From Nanobdellota archaeon (GTDB lineage Archaea > Nanobdellota > Nanobdellia > Woesearchaeales > JAHWHD01), in assembly GCA_034722435.1 (NCBI GenBank), contig JAYENX010000021.1, positions 1 through 42,254 on the forward strand: DNA of 42,254 nucleotides, written 5' to 3'. Shown here piece after piece: positions 34,270 to 42,254 of the stretch. Each line of letters starts with the position of its first letter. Positions within the stretch are counted from its first letter, which is position 1. Both the position numbers and the translations under genes were made by a program. Under the pieces are notes generated by a model. It was not told where the DNA came from. It saw only the letters and a list, made by a program, of their open reading frames with translations, and made no database searches.

Positions 34270-36193
34270 TTTCTTGGTTGTTTAGTTGATTATCTGGCGA
34301 TATTGGGCCTTGCTTTGGCGCTGTAGCAGGTGTTTGGCCCTGGGGTGGGGAGTCAGTAGGTTTATAATTCAAAGGTGCTTGTTCAGGCGTTTGTAGCATT
34401 CCTAGTTGTTTAACAACTTTCATCATTTCTTTATGGGACATCATATGAACTGCCTTGGCTTTATTGTCTATACAAGAGTTATGGATTTCAAGATGAACGA
34501 GATGATCGTCATAGACGTTGATCTTTGGTAATTCATTTTCTTTGATTAAGTCATTCTCATCCTCAGCGGTAAGTTCGTCAATACTTTTAGGGAACATCAG
34601 GGATAGGTCTGCTTTTGAGATATTGCTTAATTGTGCCATGCGTCTTAAAACAAAGCGTCTATTGGTCATAGGGTCTTGCATAGCCGCGTTAGCAAATGAA
34701 CCAAACTCTTGTAGGTCTTTTCTACGTTTAAGAGCGGCTAGATAAGTGCTTTCTATTTTAATATCTAGTGGATATTCTGTTTTAATGTCGTTAGGGATCT
34801 TAATCTTTTTATATGAATAGTTTAATGTTCCAGCAATACGAACCATTTTCTCATCACCTTTAGATCCGAACCTAGTATATTTATCGTACCACTGTCTCCA
34901 GAACTCTTTAGCGGACCAACTAAATATTTTAGCAGATAATGATCGTCTAGTATTAGAACCGGCTTCAACTAGTTCAGTCTCGCCAAGGGTTCTTTGTTTG
35001 CCGGGTTGTACTCCTTGAGATGTTTCAGGAGTAGCTAATGCTTTCTGTGCAGATAGATCGAGCATATTTAATATAGCTACTACTTGACCACCTGGACTAG
35101 CTTTTTGAATTGGTGTTATTGCATCCCTTGGTGCTCCATCAGTTGGGATAGCCATATTGGTATCGAAACGAATGTCTTGTTGTCGGACTTTGTTTTTATC
35201 AAAGGCATAAGAGCCGTATAGATCAGATTGAGCGCTCTTCAGGAATAAGTTAGTTAGCACAGCTTTCATGCGTTGTTTATCCTCTAATAAATCAGGGACA
35301 GAAACAGAGTCAAGGTTGTGGCCCATTGGGAATATGTTTCTTTCAACTACTGGCCAATATTCTTCTTCAATCTTGCGGAAATAGACTATGTTTTTGCGGT
35401 TATTGGTACTCCCAATAAGATACCTTTTACCTCCAATCTTAGTCATCCAGTAAAGGATGGCGTATTTGCGATTGTTTTTAGCTCCAGTAAATTCATTATA
35501 ATTATTGCCTTGAGCCTCTGCACGATACTGCATGAGATTAGAAACCATATCAGGTAGTCCTGTGGCCGGGTTCTTTACTAGCTTATCAATTCCGAAGAAG
35601 TTAGGGTTATTCTTCATCTGGTCTTTTGACATCAGTCTGTAGAAACCAAAGAAGTTAGCATCGCCATCACCATTGATTCCGTTGATATACTCAGCGTTAG
35701 GATCAGTTAGAGTTATAATAGGATTAAGAACAACCGGCTTGAGTAGCATTTTCTTAGCATCAAAATTGGTATTTAGAATTATTCCCCTGGAAAAGAATAA
35801 AGTGTCCCAGTCCCAAGTATACTCAACCTTATCCATTGTCATTTCGTCATGGTCGAAGTTAGCGCATGCGTTTACATTAGCCGCATGGTCTTCATCACCT
35901 TCTTCTCTAGGTAGAAACTGGACTCCCAGTTTATCATTATATAATTCAGCCAGAACAGTGTTAAAACCAACAAAAAGAGTTAGATCGCTTACGATGCCAT
36001 CACTCTTTTTTTGATTGTTATAAAGCTTGAGTCTCTTTAATATCTTAGCTCTTCTGCTATTAGAGAATTGATCTGCTTCGTTGAACTCAGTTTCAATCTG
36101 ATGAAAGAGTTTCTTTTTAAAACCCTCGTTAAAGATACCAGCTTTTTGTTCTTGTTTTGTGACCGATAGGTCTAGTTCTTTTGTGTCTGGCAT
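34256..36193 (-). CDS. portal protein (podovirus type)
   Basis: 645 aa after the terminase. Contains FP.GH..D..SVPDLLEDKQR, QGVQ....RTLGE and a Pro/Gln-rich tail. Confidence 0.88.
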   Translation of the reverse strand: MPDTKELDLSVTKQEQKAGIFNEGFKKKLFHQIETEFNEADQFSNSRRAKILKRLKLYNNQKKSDGIVSDLTLFVGFNTVLAELYNDKLGVQFLPREEGDEDHAANVNACANFDHDEMTMDKVEYTWDWDTLFFSRGIILNTNFDAKKMLLKPVVLNPIITLTDPNAEYINGINGDGDANFFGFYRLMSKDQMKNNPNFFGIDKLVKNPATGLPDMVSNLMQYRAEAQGNNYNEFTGAKNNRKYAILYWMTKIGGKRYLIGSTNNRKNIVYFRKIEEEYWPVVERNIFPMGHNLDSVSVPDLLEDKQRMKAVLTNLFLKSAQSDLYGSYAFDKNKVRQQDIRFDTNMAIPTDGAPRDAITPIQKASPGGQVVAILNMLDLSAQKALATPETSQGVQPGKQRTLGETELVEAGSNTRRSLSAKIFSWSAKEFWRQWYDKYTRFGSKGDEKMVRIAGTLNYSYKKIKIPNDIKTEYPLDIKIESTYLAALKRRKDLQEFGSFANAAMQDPMTNRRFVLRRMAQLSNISKADLSLMFPKSIDELTAEDENDLIKENELPKINVYDDHLVHLEIHNSCIDNKAKAVHMMSHKEMMKVVKQLGMLQTPEQAPLNYKPTDSPPQGQTPATAPKQGPISPDNQLNNQENAIK

Positions 36194-36450
36194 AATGATT
36201 TGAATGTTATAAATGCTTTCTCGATAGAGATGTTAATTATATTCTTGATATGTTCGTCATTTAATGGACTAAACATTTTGTACCAAGGTTGGCGAACAAT
36301 AAAGTAATCAGAGTAATAGTTTCCTTCGAACCAGAATAGATATTCAAAGTACTCTACTCCAATACGTCTGATTAAAACTGTAATCTTTTTACCATCATGT
36401 TTTAGCTCGTGTTTTTTTAGAACGAATGCTCTATTTAAAAGTTTAGGCAT
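36172..36450 (-). CDS. hypothetical protein (paralogue of the upstream ORF)
   Basis: LKKHELKHDGKKITVLIRRI...FEYLFWFEG resembles the upstream ORF. Confidence 0.7.
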   Translation of the reverse strand: MPKLLNRAFVLKKHELKHDGKKITVLIRRIGVEYFEYLFWFEGNYYSDYFIVRQPWYKMFSPLNDEHIKNIINISIEKAFITFKSLCQTQKN

Positions 36451-36455
36451 AATTA

Positions 36456-36698
36456 TTATAATTTACTTAAAACCTCTTTCACTTTGTATTCAAGTAAAAG
36501 AACTGTTTCCTTAATTAGATCATCGTTAGCGTCAATAATCTCTGCAAACTCACCGTAAGGTTTGTTATTAAAAACAAATAAGAATTCTGCCATTGACTTT
36601 TTAGCACCCTCAAATTCTATATGTCTAATTAAAACGTCAACCTTTTGGCCTTTGTGCTCTAACTCTAACTTCTTTAATACTTTAATCATATGGATCAT
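36456..36698 (-). CDS. hypothetical protein (paralogue of the downstream ORF)
   Basis: LKKLELEHKGQKVDVLIRHI...AEFLFVFNN. Confidence 0.7.
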   Translation of the reverse strand: MIHMIKVLKKLELEHKGQKVDVLIRHIEFEGAKKSMAEFLFVFNNKPYGEFAEIIDANDDLIKETVLLLEYKVKEVLSKL

Positions 36699-38223
36699 TA
36701 TTAGGAACCAATGGTATTTTGTTAGCGCCTTTCGGTTCAGGCGGAAAATACTTTGGTTCAGTTGTTAAAATACGTCCAAGATCCTCGATGAAGTGATCAT
36801 CTTTATCCATTGGAACTTCTTTAGGAGTCTTGCGTCCGGCGATAACTCCTCGCCATTCGTCCCATTGGTAGTGTTGGATCTCATATATTGTTTTAATACA
36901 GTTTTTAAAGATGAATAACTCAGGTGGATAGACCATTTCATTACCAGCTATTTCGTAATCAAATGCATCCCTTATTCTTCTTTCAGCTGCTCTACGTTTC
37001 TTACTGCCGGGTTGATAGGTTAATCCTTTGTGAACGAGTCTAGTAGATAAAGGTTTCTCATTGGTGTGTTTGTCAAAGTTGAATGCAGCAGGTTCAATAA
37101 GCATCTTAACTACTCTATACATTGTGTTCTTGGTCTTGATCCGAGAGACTAAGCTTTCTATTCCACCTTCAACTGAAATTTCATCTACAACGAAGTATTG
37201 ATTCTTAGGACTGACTGCGAGCCATAGTCCAGCATCAGCAACACGTGGATGAGTGTCAAGAGCATGCCACACTGGCCAGTCATCCGGAACATCGAATGGT
37301 TCTACAACGTGGACTTTGTTATTAAACTTCTTGAATACTAAGCCAGCTAAATGTTGGAATAATCCTTTTTCACGAGCTAAGAGATCTATTTCATCATATT
37401 CAGCCAGCATTCTCTCGATATTACTGCTCTTGAGTCGGCCTCTAACACCTCTCTCGATTGAATTATCCCAGACAGACGCTTGTACAGCCCCTCTTGAACC
37501 CTTTTCTTGGTCAGTATTGCATAAAATCTTGTCGTACATCCAACCAGAGCCTTTTAATGGGGTAGCAGTTATAAAGATTATTCCACCTTGACGCATACGA
37601 GCAACAGCAGCTTTATAGATTTCAATTGGTGGTGGTTCATCAAACCAGACAAATCCGAGAGTAGCAGACTCAAACTCTTTCACACTTTGCTCATAGGATA
37701 GAATGTCAAAGACGAAACCGGTGTCAGTTGTGAAGTGAGATAAAAAGTTCTTTCCCCGCTTCTTGCCTTTGTAGCGATTGCGTGGGAACCATTTTTGAAG
37801 TTCAGGAATGAACGTTGATTGAATAGTGTTAGGATCAGATACAATCCATCCTCGTTTAGGGAATTTCCAATCATCTTGGAATAAGGGTAGTTCAGTTTCA
37901 GGTCTAACTCCTTTCTTATTGTTTAGATCGTGTTCCCATTCAAAGCTTTCTTTATTGAACCATTTATTACCGCCGGGCCAGAATATGTTAGCTAATATGT
38001 TCATTCCGGCAGCTGTTTTTCCGATACCATTTCCAGCAACAAAGAGAGATATGAATGTTTCGTTCTTACCAACTAAATTGACAAACTCTTCAACTTTTCC
38101 GTTTGGTTGATAGTAATGATGAGGGTTATCATTATGTCTTAGCTTAATAATATCCATTATTCTTTCTTCACTTACTTCCTTTAGATTTCCGTCTTTTAAG
38201 TTCTTCATATAAATCATCATCAT
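36682..38223 (-). CDS. terminase large subunit
   Basis: Walker A AGNGIGKT, Walker B VWFDEPP, motif TATPLKG, nuclease LDTHP and DKDDHFIEDL. True start may be a downstream Met. Confidence 0.93.
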   Translation of the reverse strand: MMMIYMKNLKDGNLKEVSEERIMDIIKLRHNDNPHHYYQPNGKVEEFVNLVGKNETFISLFVAGNGIGKTAAGMNILANIFWPGGNKWFNKESFEWEHDLNNKKGVRPETELPLFQDDWKFPKRGWIVSDPNTIQSTFIPELQKWFPRNRYKGKKRGKNFLSHFTTDTGFVFDILSYEQSVKEFESATLGFVWFDEPPPIEIYKAAVARMRQGGIIFITATPLKGSGWMYDKILCNTDQEKGSRGAVQASVWDNSIERGVRGRLKSSNIERMLAEYDEIDLLAREKGLFQHLAGLVFKKFNNKVHVVEPFDVPDDWPVWHALDTHPRVADAGLWLAVSPKNQYFVVDEISVEGGIESLVSRIKTKNTMYRVVKMLIEPAAFNFDKHTNEKPLSTRLVHKGLTYQPGSKKRRAAERRIRDAFDYEIAGNEMVYPPELFIFKNCIKTIYEIQHYQWDEWRGVIAGRKTPKEVPMDKDDHFIEDLGRILTTEPKYFPPEPKGANKIPLVPNNDPYD

Positions 38224-38734
38224 TAAAATTTCTTAGTTCATCGTTGAATACGATGTTTACATTTCCCTCTGATCCACGAGAGCGTAATCTATTATACTCG
38301 CGGATGGATGCCATTTTATTTGATAGATCTTTATTTTGTTTAATTACTGAAGCTAGTTCAGCATCAGCTAACTCATCTGTCATCTTAAGATATTTAACTT
38401 TTAAGTATTCTATCCTGGCTTGAACCTTAATAAAACTTAATATATTACTGCTTGCGACATCGCATACATTAAATTTTTTTTCTAGTTCGGAATTAAGCGT
38501 ATTGCATGTTATGTCCCTGTCATCTACATTCTTCATTTTCTCTAGTGCTCTCATTAAGAGTAAATGCTTTTCTATCCAGTCTATAAAGTACGAGAACATA
38601 TATGACCATCTACCATTTGAGAATGTTTTACCCGGAGTTATATATTTATGGCAAAATAATTCTTGCTTTAATGACCGGAGTGGTGTGGATCCGGAATAAG
38701 TAGGAAGATCCTCTGGATGTTGTTTTCTAGGCAT
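38168..38734 (-). CDS. terminase small subunit
   Basis: KQELFCHKY...ASSNILS..KVQARIEYL...DAELASVIKQ..DLSNKMASIREYNRL pattern, immediately before TerL. Confidence 0.75.
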   Translation of the reverse strand: MPRKQHPEDLPTYSGSTPLRSLKQELFCHKYITPGKTFSNGRWSYMFSYFIDWIEKHLLLMRALEKMKNVDDRDITCNTLNSELEKKFNVCDVASSNILSFIKVQARIEYLKVKYLKMTDELADAELASVIKQNKDLSNKMASIREYNRLRSRGSEGNVNIVFNDELRNFNDDDLYEELKRRKSKGSK

Positions 38735-38787
38735 AATTAAGTGTTTAATGATTATTTAAGGCCTGAGGTTCGCCTGTGTGGGGTTAT

Positions 38788-38985
38788 TTAGTGTACCCTG
38801 GAGTAGTTAGACGTCCCGTCTAGGTCAACTGCGCTTTTAAGGGAAGAGCATAAATAGATATCAGACAAGTCTTCATCATCAGGGTTGTGTTTATTTGGAT
38901 TAGGTGTGTATTTTGCAATCTCTTTCTCTTTCCCCATTCTACTCATTTCCATTCTATCTAATATGTCTTCAACTTTTATATTCAT
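38788..38985 (-). CDS. hypothetical protein
   Basis: 65-aa ORF, first gene after the terminator. Confidence 0.6.
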   Translation of the reverse strand: MNIKVEDILDRMEMSRMGKEKEIAKYTPNPNKHNPDDEDLSDIYLCSSLKSAVDLDGTSNYSRVH

Positions 38986-39002
38986 AATTTTTCATCATAA
39001 TA

Positions 39003-39039
39003 ATAAAAAGAAGTAGTCAACATAAATTAACTACTTCTT
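39003..39039 (-). terminator. putative intrinsic terminator upstream of the packaging/structural operon
   Basis: Minus strand AAGAAGTAGT-12 nt-ACTACTTCTT followed by TTTATT. The 5' arm contains the TAG stop of the 37-aa ORF. Confidence 0.6.
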
Positions 39040-39144
39040 GCTTTTAGTTTTATTGGCATGCGCCGCTCTAATCTGAGCCAAGGTAACTACTTTACCTGTA
39101 GTTTTATTTTGATACTTGTTGTTTCCTATTTTTGTATAAGGCAT
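39031..39144 (-). CDS. small basic peptide (37 aa)
   Basis: Hand-translated MPYTKIGNNKYQNKTTGKVVTLAQIRAAHANKTKSKK; below the ORF-track cutoff. Confidence 0.6.
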   Translation of the reverse strand: MPYTKIGNNKYQNKTTGKVVTLAQIRAAHANKTKSKK

Positions 39145-39146
39145 AT

Positions 39147-39190
39147 GAACGCGCATTACTTAAAGCTGAGGCACCATAGTATGCGCGTTC
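39147..39190 (-). other. strong GC-rich hairpin ending 2 nt before the peptide start codon
   Basis: GAACGCGCAT/ATGCGCGTTC is a perfect 10-bp stem, extendable by ACT/AGT across one bulge. Confidence 0.7.
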
Positions 39191-39246
39191 GATCGCATCA
39201 TCAAAGTTATTAAAAACTATAATGCTTTGGTTTTTTTGTTTAATTA

Positions 39247-39606
39247 TTAAAGCTTGTTGGTTTCTGTTTTCCATAGATCACCTGATTTTTTTCCACAGTG
39301 ATAACATATCATCGACGGTTGATTGTTTCGGATAGGAGTCCTGGACCAGTAGTGATGTCCTATACTGCACCGGAAGTTTCGCCATAGTAATATAATCCTG
39401 GCTAAGATTTTCTTGGGTCTTAGATTGTAGAAAAATATTTTAACTCGGAACCAGAATGTCATCTTTTTCTTGGTCAAATATTTTTTTCTGAAAGCGTCTA
39501 TTTGTCTTTTCTTTCTTTGCGCTAATAAAGCTTTATGTTTTTTCTTTCTATTATTATCTTTAGTGGCTCTCTTGCGTTGGCGAGATATCTTCTTTGTCTT
39601 ATTCAT
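39247..39606 (-). CDS. Arg/Lys-rich protein with C-terminal Cys/His cluster
   Basis: N-terminus KKISRQRKRATKDNNRKKKHKALLAQRKKRQ; C-terminus CSIGHHYW...CYHCG. Confidence 0.7.
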   Translation of the reverse strand: MNKTKKISRQRKRATKDNNRKKKHKALLAQRKKRQIDAFRKKYLTKKKMTFWFRVKIFFYNLRPKKILARIILLWRNFRCSIGHHYWSRTPIRNNQPSMICYHCGKKSGDLWKTETNKL

Positions 39607-39630
39607 ATTTATTTCAAATTTATTTCAAAT

Positions 39631-39918
39631 TTAAATATCTACAATAGTTACAATACAAGGGATAGATTTTCGGTTAATATAAGTTTTCATTCTTGCTATC
39701 TTATTGATTGCTTTAACCATAGCACCTGACAATCCAATTACATTAGCGCGATCAATCCGGTTAACTTTAAGATAGAATATTGCATGGCCGTCTTCGATTG
39801 TGACGTTCTGGATATGAGCTTCGTCTGGCTCATATACGATTCCTTTAATAATTGAAATAATAAAATCGGACATTTCGTTTTCTAAGAAGTCCATGTCTGG
39901 ATATTTTTCTCGTGACAT
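39631..39918 (-). CDS. khpA: KhpA/YlqC-like single KH-domain RNA-binding protein
   Basis: FIISIIKGIVYEPDEAHI...FYLKVNRIDRANVIGLSGAMVKAI...IVTI aligns by eye along its full length to the KhpA pattern (IAKSLVD.PD.V...LRV...DLGKVIGKQG....AIR). The GxxG loop is GLSG. Confidence 0.8.
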   Translation of the reverse strand: MSREKYPDMDFLENEMSDFIISIIKGIVYEPDEAHIQNVTIEDGHAIFYLKVNRIDRANVIGLSGAMVKAINKIARMKTYINRKSIPCIVTIVDI

Positions 39919-39945
39919 AAGTTAAGTAATTTACTATCTATCTTA

Positions 39946-39975
39946 ATTATAAAACCCCCATTGACTTGTGTCAAT
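39946..39975 (-). promoter_or_regulatory. perfect-consensus sigma70 promoter with palindrome over the -35
   Basis: Minus strand TTGACA (39974-39969), 17 nt, TATAAT (39951-39946). Palindrome ATTGAC-N4-GTCAAT at 39960-39975. Confidence 0.85.
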
Positions 39976-39997
39976 CTTGGGTATGTTGATAACTTTT

Positions 39998-40348
39998 TTA
40001 TGCTTCAGTTATCTTTTTTGATTTCCTTTTCATTACTGATGAAACAAATTTTTCTTGTGGAGTTTCTACTGGTTTTATTTCTTTAGGTTTAGTCGCTTGA
40101 TCAAGAACCTTGTCAATTAGTTTGTAGAATACATAGAATACACTACCCTCTTTGAAATCTATCGCTCGCTTATTTGGATGACCTTTGATTTGAACATTTG
40201 CACCAAAAGATATTTTACATTGAGGTTTCTGTTTCCCAAAAGTTATTAAGGTATAGTTTAGATGGTGGAGAATTGATAACCAATTACTTTCCTCATGTAT
40301 ATCCGTAAAGTCTATAATAGCATCGTCTATATTAAAATGAAAAACCAT
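39998..40348 (-). CDS. hypothetical protein
   Basis: 116-aa ORF; no motif recognised. Confidence 0.7.
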   Translation of the reverse strand: MVFHFNIDDAIIDFTDIHEESNWLSILHHLNYTLITFGKQKPQCKISFGANVQIKGHPNKRAIDFKEGSVFYVFYKLIDKVLDQATKPKEIKPVETPQEKFVSSVMKRKSKKITEA

Positions 40349-40352
40349 AATA

Positions 40353-40721
40353 TTATTTTTTAGATTTATTAGGGGCGCATTTATGGCAATAGTATGGGGT
40401 ATGGATATAATCTTCTGATGTTATGCAACTCTTCATTATTTTCTTTTTACCCTCAATAGCGTCCTCCTTCTTGATTAGACACTCACATTTCTCACAGCTA
40501 ACAAGGTTAGTGTTTATGTATTTTTGGACTTCTATTCGAGTCTCTTCTTTATTAAGCATTTCTTTAATTCTTTTAATTCTTTCGAGTTCTGTGTTATTTA
40601 TCTTTATGTGATGAGGAAATGTTCCTGTTAAAATTTTCTCTTTAAAGAAAGAAATTAAAACAAATAAAAAAAATAAAGAGAAAATTATTGGTATAGTTAA
40701 AATAAGTAGAATTGTTATCAT
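40353..40721 (-). CDS. membrane-anchored protein with CxxC motifs
   Basis: N-terminal TM segment; CEKCEC...YCHKC. Confidence 0.7.
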   Translation of the reverse strand: MITILLILTIPIIFSLFFLFVLISFFKEKILTGTFPHHIKINNTELERIKRIKEMLNKEETRIEVQKYINTNLVSCEKCECLIKKEDAIEGKKKIMKSCITSEDYIHTPYYCHKCAPNKSKK

Positions 40722-40729
40722 AATTTTAT

Positions 40730-41233
40730 TTAATTATTTTTATTAGGTAGTGAGTCGACATCCTCACTTTTTAATTCTGGTTTAGGATCACTTGTTGAAT
40801 TAGGATCAATAGGTACTTCTTTCTCTTTTCTGAAATTCATTTTTTCTACGATAGATTTAGTGTGGACGTGTTGGATCTGATTCCCTAGAATAGTTGGTTT
40901 GATGATGAAGTGATTATCACTAAGGACAAAGAAGTTTGTGATACCGATGATCTCGCCTTCTACTATATCGCCGGCAGGGATAACGAATTTGACAATATCA
41001 TGCATGCAAAAATCACCACGTTGAGATATAATACTCCTTTCAGTAAGAGCGTCTATTGATCCGGATTTAATCTTTATATAGCCAGTGTGGAGTGCTTGGT
41101 GGAATAGTTCTCTGTCTATATTAGAAATAGATTTGTTGATCCTGCGGATGTTTGAGAAAGAGATAATGATTAATAAGAGTGCTAGGCCGACTAGGCCAGA
41201 GCAAAAGAAAAACATTTGAATTTGATTTAACAT
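40730..41233 (-). CDS. membrane-anchored hypothetical protein
   Basis: N-terminal TM segment FFFCSGLVGLALLLIIISF. Confidence 0.7.
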   Translation of the reverse strand: MLNQIQMFFFCSGLVGLALLLIIISFSNIRRINKSISNIDRELFHQALHTGYIKIKSGSIDALTERSIISQRGDFCMHDIVKFVIPAGDIVEGEIIGITNFFVLSDNHFIIKPTILGNQIQHVHTKSIVEKMNFRKEKEVPIDPNSTSDPKPELKSEDVDSLPNKNN

Positions 41234-41245
41234 AGTTTTGTTTAT

Positions 41246-41458
41246 TTAATAATTAGATTTTCTTTGTTGTTTAATTATCTTTATTGTTGCATTAAGTGTC
41301 TTTGTTATCTCGAATATTATTTTATTTCTTTCTGCCTCCCTTGCACGTTCTATAGCATGAGTAATAAAGTCTAATAATTGTCTTTCCTGTTCCTTAAAAT
41401 AACCAGTATAATCTTTCTTAACTGTCTTTATTACTTCTTGTCTAAGAGAATCCTGCAT
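41246..41458 (-). CDS. hypothetical protein
   Basis: 70-aa helical ORF. Confidence 0.65.
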   Translation of the reverse strand: MQDSLRQEVIKTVKKDYTGYFKEQERQLLDFITHAIERAREAERNKIIFEITKTLNATIKIIKQQRKSNY

Positions 41459-41488
41459 AATTATTTATTATTAATTAGATCGATTGAA

Positions 41489-41590
41489 CTAATTATTCCG
41501 ACTTTTATGTAAGTAATAGCTACAGCTAAAAAAGGTAGCATATACAAACAGGTGGATGATTATAGATATAGTTAGTTCTATTTTTTCCAT
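41489..41590 (-). CDS. small membrane peptide (33 aa)
   Basis: Hand-translated MEKIELTISIIIHLFVYATFFSCSYYLHKSRNN; fills a gap. Confidence 0.4.
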   Translation of the reverse strand: MEKIELTISIIIHLFVYATFFSCSYYLHKSRNN

Positions 41591-41766
41591 ATCGGTATAA
41601 TATGTTTAGTAAAACATTTATGACATAGATGCGCCTGTTTGAGTTCTTCGTTCATTTCTAACTTTCCGGCTATAGATATTTTCCTTCTTTTGGATGGATT
41701 GATTTGAAAAAATATTTCTAAAGGTTCTATTTCTTTTCTACATGAATCGCAAAATAATTTAAGCAT
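41578..41766 (-). CDS. small Zn-finger-like protein
   Basis: CDSC...HLCHKC. Confidence 0.65.
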   Translation of the reverse strand: MLKLFCDSCRKEIEPLEIFFQINPSKRRKISIAGKLEMNEELKQAHLCHKCFTKHIIPIWKK

Positions 41767-41781
41767 AAGAATAAATTAATG

Positions 41782-41964
41782 TTATTTAGAATCTTTGGTA
41801 GATCTTCGGTGTTTGACCTTTATTATATGACACCGGTATCCACAATTAAGACATGTATATTTTCTCGTTCTACATTCATTGCCATTTGAGAGAGTAGTCA
41901 TTATTCTTTCTATTCTATATTCAGCATCACAGCAACTAGATTTATAAGTTATTTTCTTTTTCAT
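41782..41964 (-). CDS. small Zn-ribbon protein
   Basis: SSCC...CLNCG. Confidence 0.6.
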   Translation of the reverse strand: MKKKITYKSSCCDAEYRIERIMTTLSNGNECRTRKYTCLNCGYRCHIIKVKHRRSTKDSK

Positions 41965-42254
41965 TTTTTAATTTAGTTAGAATACTTTTTAATTCAATTA
42001 ATTTTAATCGTAATTGAGGAATAGAATACTTCTTTGTCTTCTCGGATTTTTTAATTAAATTATTCCACCAGACCTTCCCGCGCTTTTTCTTTAATTTATC
42101 TATAAGGATAGATGATGATAGTGTATCCATATGCACCTTAAAGCGATGACAACCCTTGTGTAGGCACGCGCCGTTTTTAAGATACCACCGGGTAGACATA
42201 TGCTTTCTAGAGCAAATATGATGAGCGTCAAAGTCTTTTAACTCTCCTCTCCCA
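41942..42254 (-). CDS. NinG/Rap-like HNH-fold junction endonuclease (5'-truncated)
   Basis: The frame stays open to the window edge: GRGELKDFDAHHICSRKHMSTRWYLKNGACLHKGCH, matching the NinG pattern H.I.R....tRW...N...lC..CH. Confidence 0.75.
   Translation of the reverse strand, partial: GRGELKDFDAHHICSRKHMSTRWYLKNGACLHKGCHRFKVHMDTLSSSILIDKLKKKRGKVWWNNLIKKSEKTKKYSIPQLRLKLIELKSILTKLKNEKENNL

Noticed and set aside
6120-37874. Same-strand alternative-frame ORFs (6120-6386, 19363-19584, 20296-20844, 22691-22918, 24576-24770, 29386-29601, 37680-37874)
   Set aside because: They are nested in or overlap well-supported genes and are explained by biased or repetitive codon use. No slippery site was found to link them.
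39185-39215. Hammerhead-like TTGATGA...GAAC on the minus strand
   Set aside because: The core deviates from CUGAUGA/GAAA, and no stem II or stem I can be formed.
39961-39987. Divergent plus-strand promoter from the -35 palindrome (TTGACT...TATGTT)
   Set aside because: The spacer is only 15 nt, the -10 is poor, and there is no plus-strand gene to drive.
7545-40611. All plus-strand ORFs in the track (for example 7545-7781, 11319-11735, 12798-13289, 29059-29415, 37253-37591)
   Set aside because: They are antisense shadows of long minus-strand genes with recognisable motifs, and none shows a motif or its own promoter.
1-42254. CRISPR array, diversity-generating retroelement, integrase/att site, stop-codon recoding, complete circular genome
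   Set aside because: No repeat-spacer array, reverse transcriptase or recombinase motif was seen. Long genes are intact in code 11. The two ends cut different genes (RecA and NinG-like), so they do not join.

Overview
This window is most of the genome of an AT-rich, podovirus-like tailed phage, with every supportable gene on the minus strand. Both ends cut through genes, and no integrase or host housekeeping block is seen. Reading in the direction of transcription (right to left): a truncated NinG/Rap-like nuclease and small Zn-finger or membrane ORFs; a promoter-to-terminator cassette with a KhpA-like KH protein, an Arg/Lys-rich protein, an RNA hairpin and a 37-aa peptide; then TerS, TerL, portal, scaffold and an N4-gp56-type major capsid protein. 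These are followed by decoration and fibre proteins (some with signal peptides), two holin-like ORFs, tail adaptor and nozzle, a repeat-rich tail fibre, two ejection proteins (one of 1979 aa with lysozyme-like and ADP-ribosyltransferase-like domains) and a papain-family peptidase as the only lysin candidate. A second promoter/operator then precedes a small HTH gene missed by the ORF track, a PD-(D/E)XK exonuclease, SSB, NinB, a lambda-O-like initiator containing iterons, a C5 methyltransferase and a bacterial-type RecA whose P-loop is split by a 280-aa HNH-type intein (also absent from the ORF track). The most unusual signals are the KH-protein/hairpin/peptide/terminator cassette gating the late genes, two oversized tRNA-like intergenic elements, two pseudoknot-capable leaders in the head module and the HNH intein. 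Protein family calls come from motif recognition by eye, RNA folds were done by hand, and no database search was run. The host guess (a lineage without Shine-Dalgarno use, such as Patescibacteria) is inference.
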